Assembly (NCBI RefSeq): GCF_947568905.1
Contig: NC_079164.1
Location: 101,928,001-101,992,000, forward strand
Origin: Ostrea edulis
Taxonomy: Eukaryota
Length of the DNA stretch: 64,000 bases
Direction: 5' to 3'
Shown: positions 1-11,400 of the stretch, piece by piece
Layout: each line of letters begins with the position of its first letter
Numbering within the stretch: the stretch's first letter is position 1
Notes under the pieces: generated by a model
Database searches by the model: none
What the model was told of the DNA's origin: nothing
What the model saw: the letters and a program-made list of their open reading frames with translations, nothing else
Position numbers and translations under genes: made by a program

Positions 1-429
1 AGTCAAGGATGGGCATATATTGTGGGCAATTTCTTTTTACAGTACGACGAAAATCATATACATGTTGACCTTGACACAGTGGTGCAGACTGTAAAGTCCT
101 TTAATGGAGAGTTTGCGTGCGTGGTATACAGACTGCATGCAAAAGAGGAAGATCGGGATGGGCAGGCAGACAATGGGCATAAGCCACGGAGAAGCATTCG
201 GTTGGATCAATCTGGAAATTCTGAAAACACACAGGCAGACACCAGCTCATCTACATCCCAGCATTATCGACGCCAGCGACGCCGAGGCAGTGGAGAGTTG
301 GACGAGGATTGGAGTGACCCCAGCATTTCCTCTAGGCAAAGGAGACAGAGCGGGGCTAGGGAGAAGAGGTCACATGACCAGCAACAGACCCCCAGACGAA
401 AAGGAAGACCAATGACAAAGGAGAAATAG
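1..429 (+). CDS. 3' part of the terminal coding exon of an unidentified gene that begins upstream of the window
   Basis: Frame open from base 1 (SQGWAYIVGNFFLQYDENHIHVDLDTVVQTVKSFNGEFACVVYRLH...) into an R/S/Q/D-rich disordered tail, stop TAG 427-429. GC is higher than in the flanks, and AATAAA follows at 979. Product not recognised. Confidence 0.55.
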   Translation, partial: SQGWAYIVGNFFLQYDENHIHVDLDTVVQTVKSFNGEFACVVYRLHAKEEDRDGQADNGHKPRRSIRLDQSGNSENTQADTSSSTSQHYRRQRRRGSGELDEDWSDPSISSRQRRQSGAREKRSHDQQQTPRRKGRPMTKEK

Positions 430-954
430 AAACAGTCCAGACAAAGAAAAGGATGCTAGTAAGCGAGTAATCACCGACAGATCCCCAGGCAAGCTCTGGA
501 CAAAGGAGTGACCGAAACAATCCTGGTGTCCAATCAGTGTTACCGTGGAGATAATTGCAACAGAGAATGCTTCCGTGTCTATGGACTCGAGGGCATAAAT
601 GAACAGGTCTTACGTAGAGACAGTCAGGGCAGAAATGAAAAGGTCCCAAGGAATTGCAACCCACAGAGACACCTATTTTTTGACAGGTACCAAGATTGTA
701 GTGAAGGATGTTGCTAGTTTTAAACATATTGACAGAATGCAAGGAACTGTGTTGGAGTTGGTGTTTTTAAACTGAAAGTCGCTAATTTTACTGTTAGAAA
801 AATATTGACTGCTTTCTTGCATGAATATCTCACTTTGTGTAGCTGTGCAATATCAAACTAAGGTCTTCATGACCTACTTTTATGCAATGGTAGAATTGGT
901 TAAGAAATTTTAGCTTGACATGTGAATGAAGTCATATTATGTTTTATATACCGT

Positions 955-960
955 TTTATT
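955..960 (-). terminator. Candidate poly(A) signal of NIP7
   Basis: tttatt on + (AATAAA on -), about 290 nt past the NIP7 stop. Confidence 0.35.
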
Positions 961-978
961 TTTATATTAAATGCTGGA

Positions 979-984
979 AATAAA
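979..984 (+). terminator. Candidate poly(A) signal of the upstream plus-strand gene
   Basis: AATAAA followed by a T/GT-rich tract (tttttcttgtgtgt) about 10-20 nt downstream. Confidence 0.4.
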
Positions 985-1250
985 ACATCAATTTTTTCTT
1001 GTGTGTATATATGATGTTCAGTAGTCATACAGTAAAAAACACATTCTAAAGTTGTAAAGTTTCCTTATATCAGTAGAATCACATCAATCCAGCCCTTGGA
1101 TCGAAATAAATCCTGATCCAAACAATGTCTTATTCAGCTGAACAGAGTGAAATTGTGATCCAGGAATTTTCCTTCATCAGCTGCACACTGCATTAGGTTC
1201 GCTTCCAACACCAGTATCACATGTCTGAAATCCAAAGGGAATTCTTGTTT

Positions 1251-1370
1251 CTATAATAAAGCCTCCTCATTTCTGATGTATTCTCCGATGTCCGCCTGAT
1301 GAAATGCCACCAAGGTCATGGGGTCAGCATGGCGGCAGTCCTGTGTGGATTTAGCTGCCACTCCAAAACC
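1251..1370 (-). CDS. NIP7: NIP7 exon 5 coding part (120 nt including stop)
   Basis: ttgcag|GGT TTT GGA ... TTA TAG; [13 protein letters not shown]...[14 protein letters not shown]. Confidence 0.95.
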   Translation of the reverse strand, partial: GFGVAAKSTQDCRHADPMTLVAFHQADIGEYIRNEEALL

Positions 1371-4300
1371 CTGCAAACAGAGTGTAAGATTCAAAACAAA
1401 TCATATTGTCATGGATGTGAGTGTGCATGTATGTGTGTTAATAGAGCATAGAGGTTGGACGTTTTTATGCCCCTGTAATCGGGAGATTTGGGGGCATATA
1501 GTTTTTGTTCTGTCTGTCCCAAAAATCAATTAGAAATACACTAATTATACACTGTAGCTGAATTGACTGTTGCACTAGATACAAAAGAGATAATTACCAA
1601 GGGGAGATCATTCATGCTGTAGACCACCACTCCCTCATACTGTGAAGTGCTCTCTGTGATTCGGCCCAGACCAGACTTCATGACGTGATGGCCGTATACA
1701 AACTGCTGCTCGGCGCTGGGCTTCAGCCAGATCTTATGCTACAATAAACACAACATAAACAGTCCATATTCTGTGTATAAATATCAGACTGCTCGGCGCT
1801 GGGCTTCAGCCAGATCTTGTGCTACAATAAACACAACATAAACAGTCCATACTCTGTGTATAAATATCAGACTTTTTGGCGCTGGGCTTCAGCCAGATCT
1901 TGTGCTACAGTAAACACAACATAAACAGTCCATATTCTGTGTATAAATATCAGTGAATGTAAACAGAATACCATGCACAAACATAGAAATGATTTATATC
2001 GTCTGGCAGTGTATGTCTTTGGTTTCTGTCCTTACCTTTGCATAGGGAGCCATGAAATCCAAGGCTGTTATTTGTAGGTGAAATTTTCCAGATTTTGTCA
2101 TTTTCCCAAAACAGGTGCCCATACTAAGAAGGTTTTTTCTGGAAACATTGCCGGCTTTCTTCATTAAGTCCTCCCTGCGATGATATGTACAGAATCAATG
2201 TCAGAATGAGACACAGAGCTAGTGGGACGGGGATATTTTGTAACATTAACAAGATCAGTGCTCAATACACACATTTACTCTGACTTTCATCCAGTAGCTT
2301 TCTCATCATTTTAAATTGAACATGTTCAAAATGTTTGAAATCTGTCTGTCATTCACAAAACTGTACATCTGCTATCAGTAGATAGGACTTGTCATTCTAG
2401 GAATCGTGATGAGATTTGATTTAGTAGCAATATATCTGTACAGTGTAATGAGCACACAAGTAGCATGGTTTATAATATCTGAACATTTACTGGAAAAAGA
2501 CACATTTAAAATATTTTTCCAGTTGAATCATTCATCATTTGGACACCAACCTGTGTGTGTGTATATCTCTATAATCTATATAGATACAATTATATATATG
2601 TATCACGATTACATCTGTTAAATATTTTTTCTCAGTGAAGATAACTATTAAATTAACTTTGAAATGACATCTATCTCAGTAAAACTTGTGTGTATATATT
2701 CCCTATCCCACTCTGTGTCCATATTCACAACCTCTGACTAAGTATATACATGTAAAATTTCACAGATATTTACAACCTTTGACTCAGTAAGTATATACAT
2801 CTAAAATTTCAAAGATATTCACAACCTCTGACCCAGTAAGTATATATATGTAGAGTAGATGTTCTCAAACAAATCTCGGTGAAGTGTCTGCAAATGTTCA
2901 CCAACTTTGTGCAGAATGTGTTCACTAACCTGACGTAAAATATTCTGTCTCGGTGAAGTCTAAAACAGTAAGATCCATCTGGTCTGTCCAATAACAGCTT
3001 TATATTCTCCCCAATGCTACGTTAAGAAATTTGAACAATTAGTAAATGTGACATATTCTGGTCCAGTATATTCATTTGTACGTTCAATCGGGCATTGACA
3101 GAAATTTATTTTATGAAAGTCGATACTTAGGCTCTAAAGAGTTGGTATTTCGACTTCGGATCAAAATTGTACAATAAAATCTTGATATGGAATGTAATGA
3201 TGATAAGGCAATGCAAGTAAATAAGCTACGTAAGTTAAGCAAACTTTAGGTGATAAGTGTCATAGGCATTTCAACAAGTTGGGAACATTTCCCATATAGC
3301 GAGATCTCCTTGCTAAAACATGATTATCCCTCTCTAGTGAGAAAGTAAACATAACCATAAACAGACCTGTGTTTGTTGTCTTGATTAAAAATAATGGTAA
3401 ACTCCGTGCAATGCTGAATAAGTGTGATACATAACGCAAATTGTCTTTATAAAATTGACAACACAGTCAAGAAATTTCATATCAACGTTGCTGCACAAGA
3501 CGAAGAGGAAAGCAGTCTGAAATCCAATGCACATCATGAGTGTTTTTGTTTTGATTAATACATTTGCAGAAGTATCAGACATTTTAGCACTTTTTCTTCT
3601 TTTCACGTGAAACATGAAGAGATGTACTCCTCCGATGTTTTTCTCGGTTGTATGGGATAATCACGTTTTCGCGAGAATATCTCACTATATCTGGTTGGGA
3701 ACACTTCCTCTATAGCAAGATATTCTCACTAAAACGTGATTATCCATCTTTAGCAAGAAAGTAAACATTACCATAAACAGGTGTTTTGGCGTAATAATGA
3801 AAACATTGAAAATAATGGCAAATCCCGTGCAACGCTGAATATATGCAACACACACTCAGCATGACGTGAATTATCTCTATAAAATTGACAACATGGTCAA
3901 CAAATTGCATATCAAAGTTGTTGTGTAAGAGGGTAGCAGTCTGAAATCCAATGCACATCATGAGTGTTTTTGTTTTAGATTGATATATTTGCATACTAAA
4001 GTATCAGGGATTTTAGCACTTTTTCTTCTTTTCACGTGAAGCACGAAGAGATGTAATCCATGAGTGTTTTTCTCGGTTGTACGGGATATATTTACTCTCA
4101 CTAAAGAGGGATAATCGCATTTTCGTGAGAATATCTCGCTGTAGCCCAGTGTAGGAGAAGTGTTCCCAACCTGTTCAATCAAAAATATTTGAAATATTTC
4201 CTGAACCATTAATACTTTAATTTATGTTACAATACCACGAGCAGAGGGTAAGGGGAGCACATTCTCCCCTTTACGTACATGTATGAGTAGGATAAGGGTT

Positions 4301-4480
4301 TTAATGAAATGGTTTATTTTTTTAAATGCCTATAATGTGAATGCTACATTGCCAGCTATATAATTATGCTTGACGCATTTTAGAGTTAGTTTATGACCTG
4401 TGTACTATGAAATTCACAACTTACTATTTTGAAAGTTTATCAAAGAAAGTCTTCGTTTCTTCGTCAGTAAGAGGTCTCAT
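1251..4480 (-). CDS. NIP7: 60S ribosome subunit biogenesis protein NIP7 homolog, complete, 5 exons, 180 aa
   Basis: join(4480..4425,3016..2930,2174..2036,1738..1598,1370..1251) = 543 nt, all GT-AG. Translation: [180 protein letters not shown]. Collinear with the 180-aa human NIP7 as recalled. Confidence 0.97.
1598..1738 (-). CDS. NIP7: NIP7 exon 4 (141 nt)
   Basis: tgtag|CAT AAG ATC TGG ... CCC TTG|gtaatt; PUA-domain segment. Confidence 0.95.
1706..1953. repeat. 83-bp tandem triplication spanning the NIP7 intron 3/exon 4 junction
   Basis: Near-identical units start at 1706, 1789 and 1872; acceptor-like AG|C at 1738, 1821 and 1904. Confidence 0.95.
2036..2174 (-). CDS. NIP7: NIP7 exon 3 (139 nt)
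   Basis: cgcag|G GAG GAC ... GCA AAG|gtaagg; contains [30 protein letters not shown]. Confidence 0.95.
2721..2851. repeat. Degenerate 45-49 bp tandem repeat, about 3 copies, NIP7 intron 2
   Basis: atattcacaacctctgac...agtatatacat at 2721, 2766 and 2815. Confidence 0.75.
2930..3016 (-). CDS. NIP7: NIP7 exon 2 (87 nt)
   Basis: cgtag|C ATT GGG ... TAC GTC AG|gttagt; contains [12 protein letters not shown]. Confidence 0.95.
3278..4171. mobile_element. Non-autonomous inverted-repeat element (MITE-like), two tandem copies, NIP7 intron 1
   Basis: Termini gttgggaaca.../...tgttcccaac. Sub-terminal inverted repeats tatagc.agatattctcactaaaacgtgattatcc vs gggataatcacgttttcgcgagaatatctcactata. Internal bodies 3295-3690 and 3710-4143 are similar. 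Confidence 0.65.
4425..4480 (-). CDS. NIP7: NIP7 coding exon 1 (56 nt)
   Basis: ATG 4480..4478; [18 protein letters not shown]+TA|gtaagt. Confidence 0.95.
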
Positions 4481-4485
4481 CTCAT

Positions 4486-4718
4486 CACAGTAAATTAACA
4501 CGTGTTTACATTTACTCAAAAATAAAATGATTTCCGAACCCGAATAATTTTTATTTTGATCGAGGTCGAAAGTCAGATAATAATTCCGAAGGGTTCCGAA
4601 CGGTTGCTATGGGCGCGCAAACAAGATGATAAAAAGCGGTGTCTTAGTATAAATATTAGGACATACAGGCAAATTTCACGTAAATACTACTATGTAAGGG
4701 GGAAAATAAAAATGCAGC
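4486..4718. promoter_or_regulatory. Bidirectional promoter / 5' UTR interval between NIP7 and the SVBP-like gene
   Basis: Divergent start codons (4480 on -, 4719 on +) are only 238 bp apart; the interval is CpG-rich relative to the flanks. Confidence 0.7.
4497..4506. promoter_or_regulatory. Palindromic E-box AACACGTGTT (Myc/Max-type) just upstream of the NIP7 ATG
   Basis: CACGTG at 4499-4504, about 19 nt 5' of the NIP7 start codon; typical placement for Myc-regulated ribosome-biogenesis genes. Confidence 0.55.
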
Positions 4719-5181
4719 ATGACAACCCATGCATACATGAGAGAGGGCTTTGGTACGGTTACTTTCGACACAGGTCAAAACCAAACAGATTCGAGGAAAT
4801 TCGGAGGGGTTATGAGCGATCGCATGTCGATGTACCTTGATAACACGGCTGTCATCAAACTCACACATAATAACAACCTGTTGCTGAACGAGAAAAAAAT
4901 CCAGAGTCGAGAGAACACGGTTTATAAATCTGAAACGGACAACATTGTCATCAATAGCCTCAAAGACTCTCATTTCAGATTACTCACAGCAGAGTCGAAT
5001 GTACGCCCCACATCTAGCAATATAAGTGACAGGATCGACCTTGGGGTTACAAATCCCATCGTCAGTCAGCCCACCACTCCAAATGCTGAGGTCGGGGAAG
5101 AAGGGCCAGACGCTGCACCCCAACTGCAGAATGAACAGTTAGATAGTTACAACATCAACTCCAAGTCTTCCAGCAGAAAAG
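4719..5181 (+). CDS. SVBP-like gene coding exon 1
   Basis: ORF 4719..5189 cut by AAA G|gtaact; phase 1 matches the exon at 8999. Confidence 0.7.
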
Positions 5182-8100
5182 GTAACTAGATGTCTCTCAT
5201 CCCAAGTACATTAAGACACTCCTCAGAGTTTTAGTCAAGTTATATGGTACATGTAAATATATTAGCATTGGTATTGTATGAATGCACTGGGCAGCATTTT
5301 TACAAGCATATACCCTTGATGTGCTAGCTTGTGTATGAACCCAATAGAGCTTCAGACTCTTTAATCCAGATCATCGAGGTTTCAGGCAGGGTTCGAAATT
5401 ACCTCATGTCCGTAAGTCCGAGACTAGTAAAAAACGTATCCGACAAGTAAACTCTCTATAGCACTAGTCCGTACGGACTAGTGAAAATCCATAAACCAAT
5501 CTTGAATTGGTTAAGATTTTAGCAAGATTTGTCTGAGTCTCTTAGTTGTTTGAACTTATGGTTGATTACCTGCATGATTAAGTGTTTGCGTGACTATGAC
5601 ATCCTGATCTTCCACATATGGAGTGCGTTCGAGATCGTCATTCTTCGAACGAGCACAAATTCCTGCCGATTCCGAACTCCAAGTACGCATCACGAGAACG
5701 GATTCAAGGTGCAAGAACTGCAAGTAGTGTGATCTAAGAACAAGCACGTTTGTGCGCACATGTTGTCGTCATTCGCGACTCAAACACAGGAGTTTGTAAC
5801 ACTATAGCTCATGGCTTGGTCAATCAAGTGAATTTTATTGACTTTATTGATAAAATTTCGAACTCCTGTGACTCTAAGAACTGAGCACGAAAACAACAGG
5901 AACGTCGATCTCGACCGCACTTGTGGACGTTTATAAAAGGATTAACTCAGAGGTTACTGTATGCTTCTGAAAATCTTGAATGCAAAATAAAGTATGGTGG
6001 TCTTTTTCTTCTGTAAGTGTCAGAAAATTAATTGCTTGCAACTGTGATGTGTTTGGTTTCATTAAATACTGTTGAATAAAATGATCATTTAATATGATAT
6101 ACTGGACGGACTAGTGAAATGTTTTGTGGACTAGTGATTCAGAACATCAATAGTGACTAGTCCATACGGATTAGTGCTTGAAAAAGTTAATTTCGAACCC
6201 TGTCAGAGATGTAGTTTTGATTTAGGCAACATTGGCCATTACAACAGTGTAATTGCATGAGAAGTTTCCATTGATATTATACAATTATTGCTGTTTTTGA
6301 GGTCAATACGATGATTTAGACACCTGAGGAGTACAATATTCACCGATTCAGGCGAGGTGAATATTGTACTTCGAAGGTGGCTAAATCATCGTATTGACCT
6401 CAAAAACAGCAGTAATTGTTTTATTATATAATTAAATGATTAAAAAACCCTTCAAGATTGTTCTTTGCTTTAATTGTAAGTTTCAACGATCTATTTTTGG
6501 TCCTATGTGGAAAAAATAATTCCTTATGTTCACCAGGAAGGTCTATTTTTGGTCCTATGTGGAAAAAATAACCTGGAAGGTCACGTGCAGGTAAACATAA
6601 CGTAGTATGATTTCTACATTGTTGGATCTCAGCCAATTAGAGCTAGGAATTATTCAATCATATAATAATATAAATTGTCAGTGTCAATTCTTGTACCACT
6701 CTTTTGCAAGCTGAGTCAATCCACTAAAGGTTTTACAAAAGAGAGGGTTCATGTCCAGGAAGTGTTTGCTTTAAAACTATTCAAAAAATGAAAAATAGAA
6801 ATAACCAGGGTTCTCTGTAACACAAGAACCTGTGTCCTGGATGTGAAATTATTCCAGATGTAAGAAAAGTAAACTTATGTGATTAGAATTTATTTTCTAC
6901 TTTAGAAACTAATTTTGTCTTGGGGATGTTAGCAGAAACAAAAAATTTATATATTTGCCTAACTTATCACATTGATCCTGGTAACTACACACTCAGAAAT
7001 CTGAAGAACAATGCCACACTGTGGTGACCTGATACATTGGGGTAGTTGTCTGCCTGGGGCACACCTGTGTGTTTAAGACCGCTTTTGATTAGGTTTTTGT
7101 TTAATCAATAGTTCACCATTCATGTCACTAAATTTTACAACCTAATTAGAATTAGGTGTTAGATTCAAATGCTTGCATATTTGCTACACTATTTTAGATT
7201 GAGGGCTCTGATTTGAATTGATTGTCAGTTTATAAATAAATATTGTCAAGAATGCAAGTAACTCAAATGCTTAGAATTATTTATAGTTTGTCATTATTGG
7301 TTAAATATATTAATAATGCAATTTATTATTACATTGTCAAATGAAATTTTTTATCTATTTAAGAAATAAATTTCATTTTTGAAAGTCCATGAGAGTATGG
7401 ACTGTCACACTTCATACCACCGTACTTCATGAAGTGCATTAGAATTGTTTACAACTGCTGCACACTCACAAGGAAATGGCTATTATTACAATTTGTAAAG
7501 ATTTCAAAGGCTAAAATAATGGAAATGGAAATATTTACTTAGGCCTAGATGTTGTAATTGATTTATGCATTAGATTTGTTTAGTCATCAAGGTCACAGTT
7601 TTGAGGGTGAGACAATTGTAGCTGCAATAATGCGACATTGCAGCTGCAGTTAATGCACCACCAAAAAAAAAAAATTATTAGAAAGAAGAAAAAAAACAAA
7701 AAGAAGGAAATCTACCTTTGAAATTTCCTATAGATCTTAAGAGTATTACTGTATTTGTTCCTGTTTATGGTTTGATTTTTTCGCAGTTTTAAATTCACAG
7801 GATTACTCATATAACCGTACAGTGAAAATTAAGGTATATGCAGTAATTTCAAATAAGGGGAGTTCATTGTATGAGATTTTAATTACCATTGACAATTAAT
7901 AAATCAATAATCATCAATCTTGATTAATCAGCATAATTTAAATACAAATGCATAAAATGCATCCATATGCATTTTAACTTCCCAACGAATAGTGCAATAC
8001 AACAAGCCCGAACGTTTCTAGGATGCAGTCAGACTTTTTTTGAAAACCATGAGTCCAGGGCTCACCTTGAAAAAATACCTACAGAGAATCCTTAAAAAGG

Positions 8101-8432
8101 TCATGAACCAAAAATAGATCCCAAAGGGCTGCAGTGGAAAGAATTCAGGTTTAACCATGTCTTATTGCTTAAACGAATGATTAGATATGAATTATAACTA
8201 AGTCATAATATGGCAAGTAATTTCTGCTAATTTTCAGAAGAGAAAAATATTCCAAAATTGCTGCATAAAGTTACAAAAAAGAGGAAACGAGGTGATAAAG
8301 ATCAGAGATTGCTGTAACAGTGTGCTGTTCATTCATTATAACTGCATGCTGTTTTTTGAAATTTTATTTTTTGTACCATTTTACCTAAAGATTGTTTGCT
8401 CTGGTTTGGGGAGTTATATATATATATATATA

Positions 8433-8494
<62 letters not shown>

Positions 8495-11400
8495 TTTCAA
8501 TTGGCATTTGATATCAAATTTCTAATCCACATCTTGCACTGATGCAAAACATCGAGTTCACTCATCTATATACATACAACAATTTTGTTATAACTGGGGG
8601 GATTTGATTAATCATACCAGATTGTGCAAGTAAACATGGTAAAGGAATAGAAATAGACAACAGGAAATTAAAGTTACTTCAAAGCCTTCTGTCAGCCTAA
8701 AACATTCATTTCTTTGTCAATGTAATGTTAATTGCATCTGAGAAATGAAATGCATGTGTTAAAGGATAATCAGACATTATACTAGCTTAAGCACAACACA
8801 GCCAAACTTCTACCCAGTTATTGACAAAAACATGTACATGTATGTGAATTGTTTGGGTTTTTTGTGACCACCATTTTATCAAATTGATTTACACCCTAGC
8901 TGAGAAGCTGTTTGATAAATTACTAATGTAAGAAACAGTTTTAGATATAACAATCTGTTTCTCGCACTGTTTATTTATCTCAATGATGTAAATTTCAGGA
9001 AAGAGAAAGAAGAGGGCAAAGTCCAGTCGCGGCTTACGGAGCAAATCCACCCAGGGGAAAGATGGTGGAGCATCTAAACAACGCATTCCCACGGCAACAA
9101 CTGTTAAGACTGGTGTGAAACAGAATGATACTCAGAATATGACCACTGGTGCTGCTGGACTGGGTGTCCTGGAATCCATGTGTAAACCTATGGTTCTCCA
9201 TAAGACGTCAGAGCGCAAGAACTCGGAGAAACGAGAGACAACAAAGACAGTCAGCTCAGGAAATCGTTCCCTGACCAACACAAAACATCTATCACTTCCA
9301 CAAATGACCAATAACTTCATGGTCAAAACGGATTCCTCTGTGAGGACTTCTAACTCAGAAAACTTTCAAAATTCCAAGTCTTTTGTGTACCCATCTAGTC
9401 GAATCAACCATGCAGAGATTGCACGGATTACAAAGATTTATTTATCAGAGAAGCAGTCAGGCATAGTGAAGGACTGTGGAATGGAAGTTCCTTGTGCACC
9501 ACCTGCAACACCACTTCCAGGTAAGTTCACACTCACTATACACCACTCCCTGATGAGTTCACACTCGCTATATAACACTCCCTGATGAGTTCACACACAC
9601 ACGTTATTCTTCAGTCCCTGGTGAGTTCACACTCACTATACACCACTCCTTGGTGAGTTCACACTCACTATACATCACTCCCTGGTGAGTTCACACTCAC
9701 TATACATCACTCCCTGGTGAGTTCACACTATACACCACTCCCTGATGAGTTCACATTCACTATACACCACTCCCTGATGAGTTCACACTATACACCACTC
9801 CTTGGTGAGTTCACACTCACTATACATCACTCCCTGATGAGTTCACACTCACTATACATCACTCCCTGGTGAGTTCACACTCACTATACATCACTCCCTG
9901 GTGAGTTCACACTCACTATACATCACTACCTGGTGAGTTCACACTCACTATACACCACTTCCTGGTGAGTTCACACTCACTATACATCACTCCCTGGTGA
10001 GTTCACACTCACTATACATCACTCCCTGGTGAGTTCACACTCACTATACATCACTCCCGGGTGAGTTCACACTCACTATACATCACTCCCCGGTGAGTTC
10101 ACACTCACTATACATCACTACCTGGTGAGTTTACACTCACTATACACCACTTCCTGGTGAGTTCACACTCACTATACATCACTCCTTGGTGAGTTCACAC
10201 TCACTCTACATCACTCTCAAGTTCACACTCACTATACATCACTCTCTGGTGAGTTCAAACTCACTATACATCACTCCCTGGTGAGTTCACACTCACTCTA
10301 CACCACTCTCGAGTGTACACACACTATTCAAGACTCTCTGATGAGTTCACACCCACTATACATCACTCCCTGGTGAGTTCACACTCAATATACACCACTC
10401 CCTGGTGAGTTCACACTCACTATACACCACTCCCTGGTGAGTTCACATACACTATACACCACTCCCTGGTGAGTTCACACTCACTATACACCACTCTCGA
10501 GTTCACACCCACTATACACCACTCTGATGAGTTCACACTCACTATACATCATTCCCTGGTGAGTTCACACTCACTATACACCACTCCCTGGTGAGTTCAC
10601 ATACACTATACATCACTCTCAAGTTTACACACACTATACATCACTCCCTGGTGAGTTCACACTCACTATACATCACTCCCTGGTGAGTTCACACTCACTA
10701 TACATCACTCCCTGGTGAGTTCACACTCACTATACATCACTACCTGGTGAGTTCACACTCACTATACACCACTTCCTGGTGAGTTCACACTCACTATACA
10801 TCACTCCCTGGTGAGTTCACACTCACTATACATCACTCCCTGGTGAGTTCACACTCACTATACATCACTCCCGGGTGAGTTCACACTCACTATACATCAC
10901 TCCCCGGTGAGTTCACACTCACTATACATCACTACCTGGTGAGTTCACACTCACTATACACCACTTCCTGGTGAGTTCACACTCACTATACATCACTCCT
11001 TGGTGAGTTCACACTCACTCTACATCACTCTCAAGTTCACACTCACTATACATCACTCTCTGGTGAGTTCAAACTCACTATACATCACTCCCTGGTGAGT
11101 TCACACTCACTCTACACCACTCTCGAGTGTACACACACTATTCAAGACTCTCTGATGAGTTCACACCCACTATACATCACTCCCTGGTGAGTTCACACTC
11201 AATATACACCACTCCCTGGTGAGTTCACACTCACTATACACCACTCCCTGGTGAGTTCACATACACTATACACCACTCCCTGGTGAGTTCACACTCACTA
11301 TACACCACTCTCGAGTTCACACCCACTATACACCACTCTGATGAGTTCACACTCACTATACATCATTCCCTGGTGAGTTCACACTCACTATACACCACTC

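Noticed and set aside
104-742. Alternative ORFs 104..415, 356..742 and 508..717
   Set aside because: They overlap the better frame open from base 1 or lie in its presumed 3' UTR; no recognisable features.
2875-2959. 12-bp duplication tctcggtgaagt across the NIP7 exon 2 donor
   Set aside because: Too short and degenerate to count as another junction duplication.
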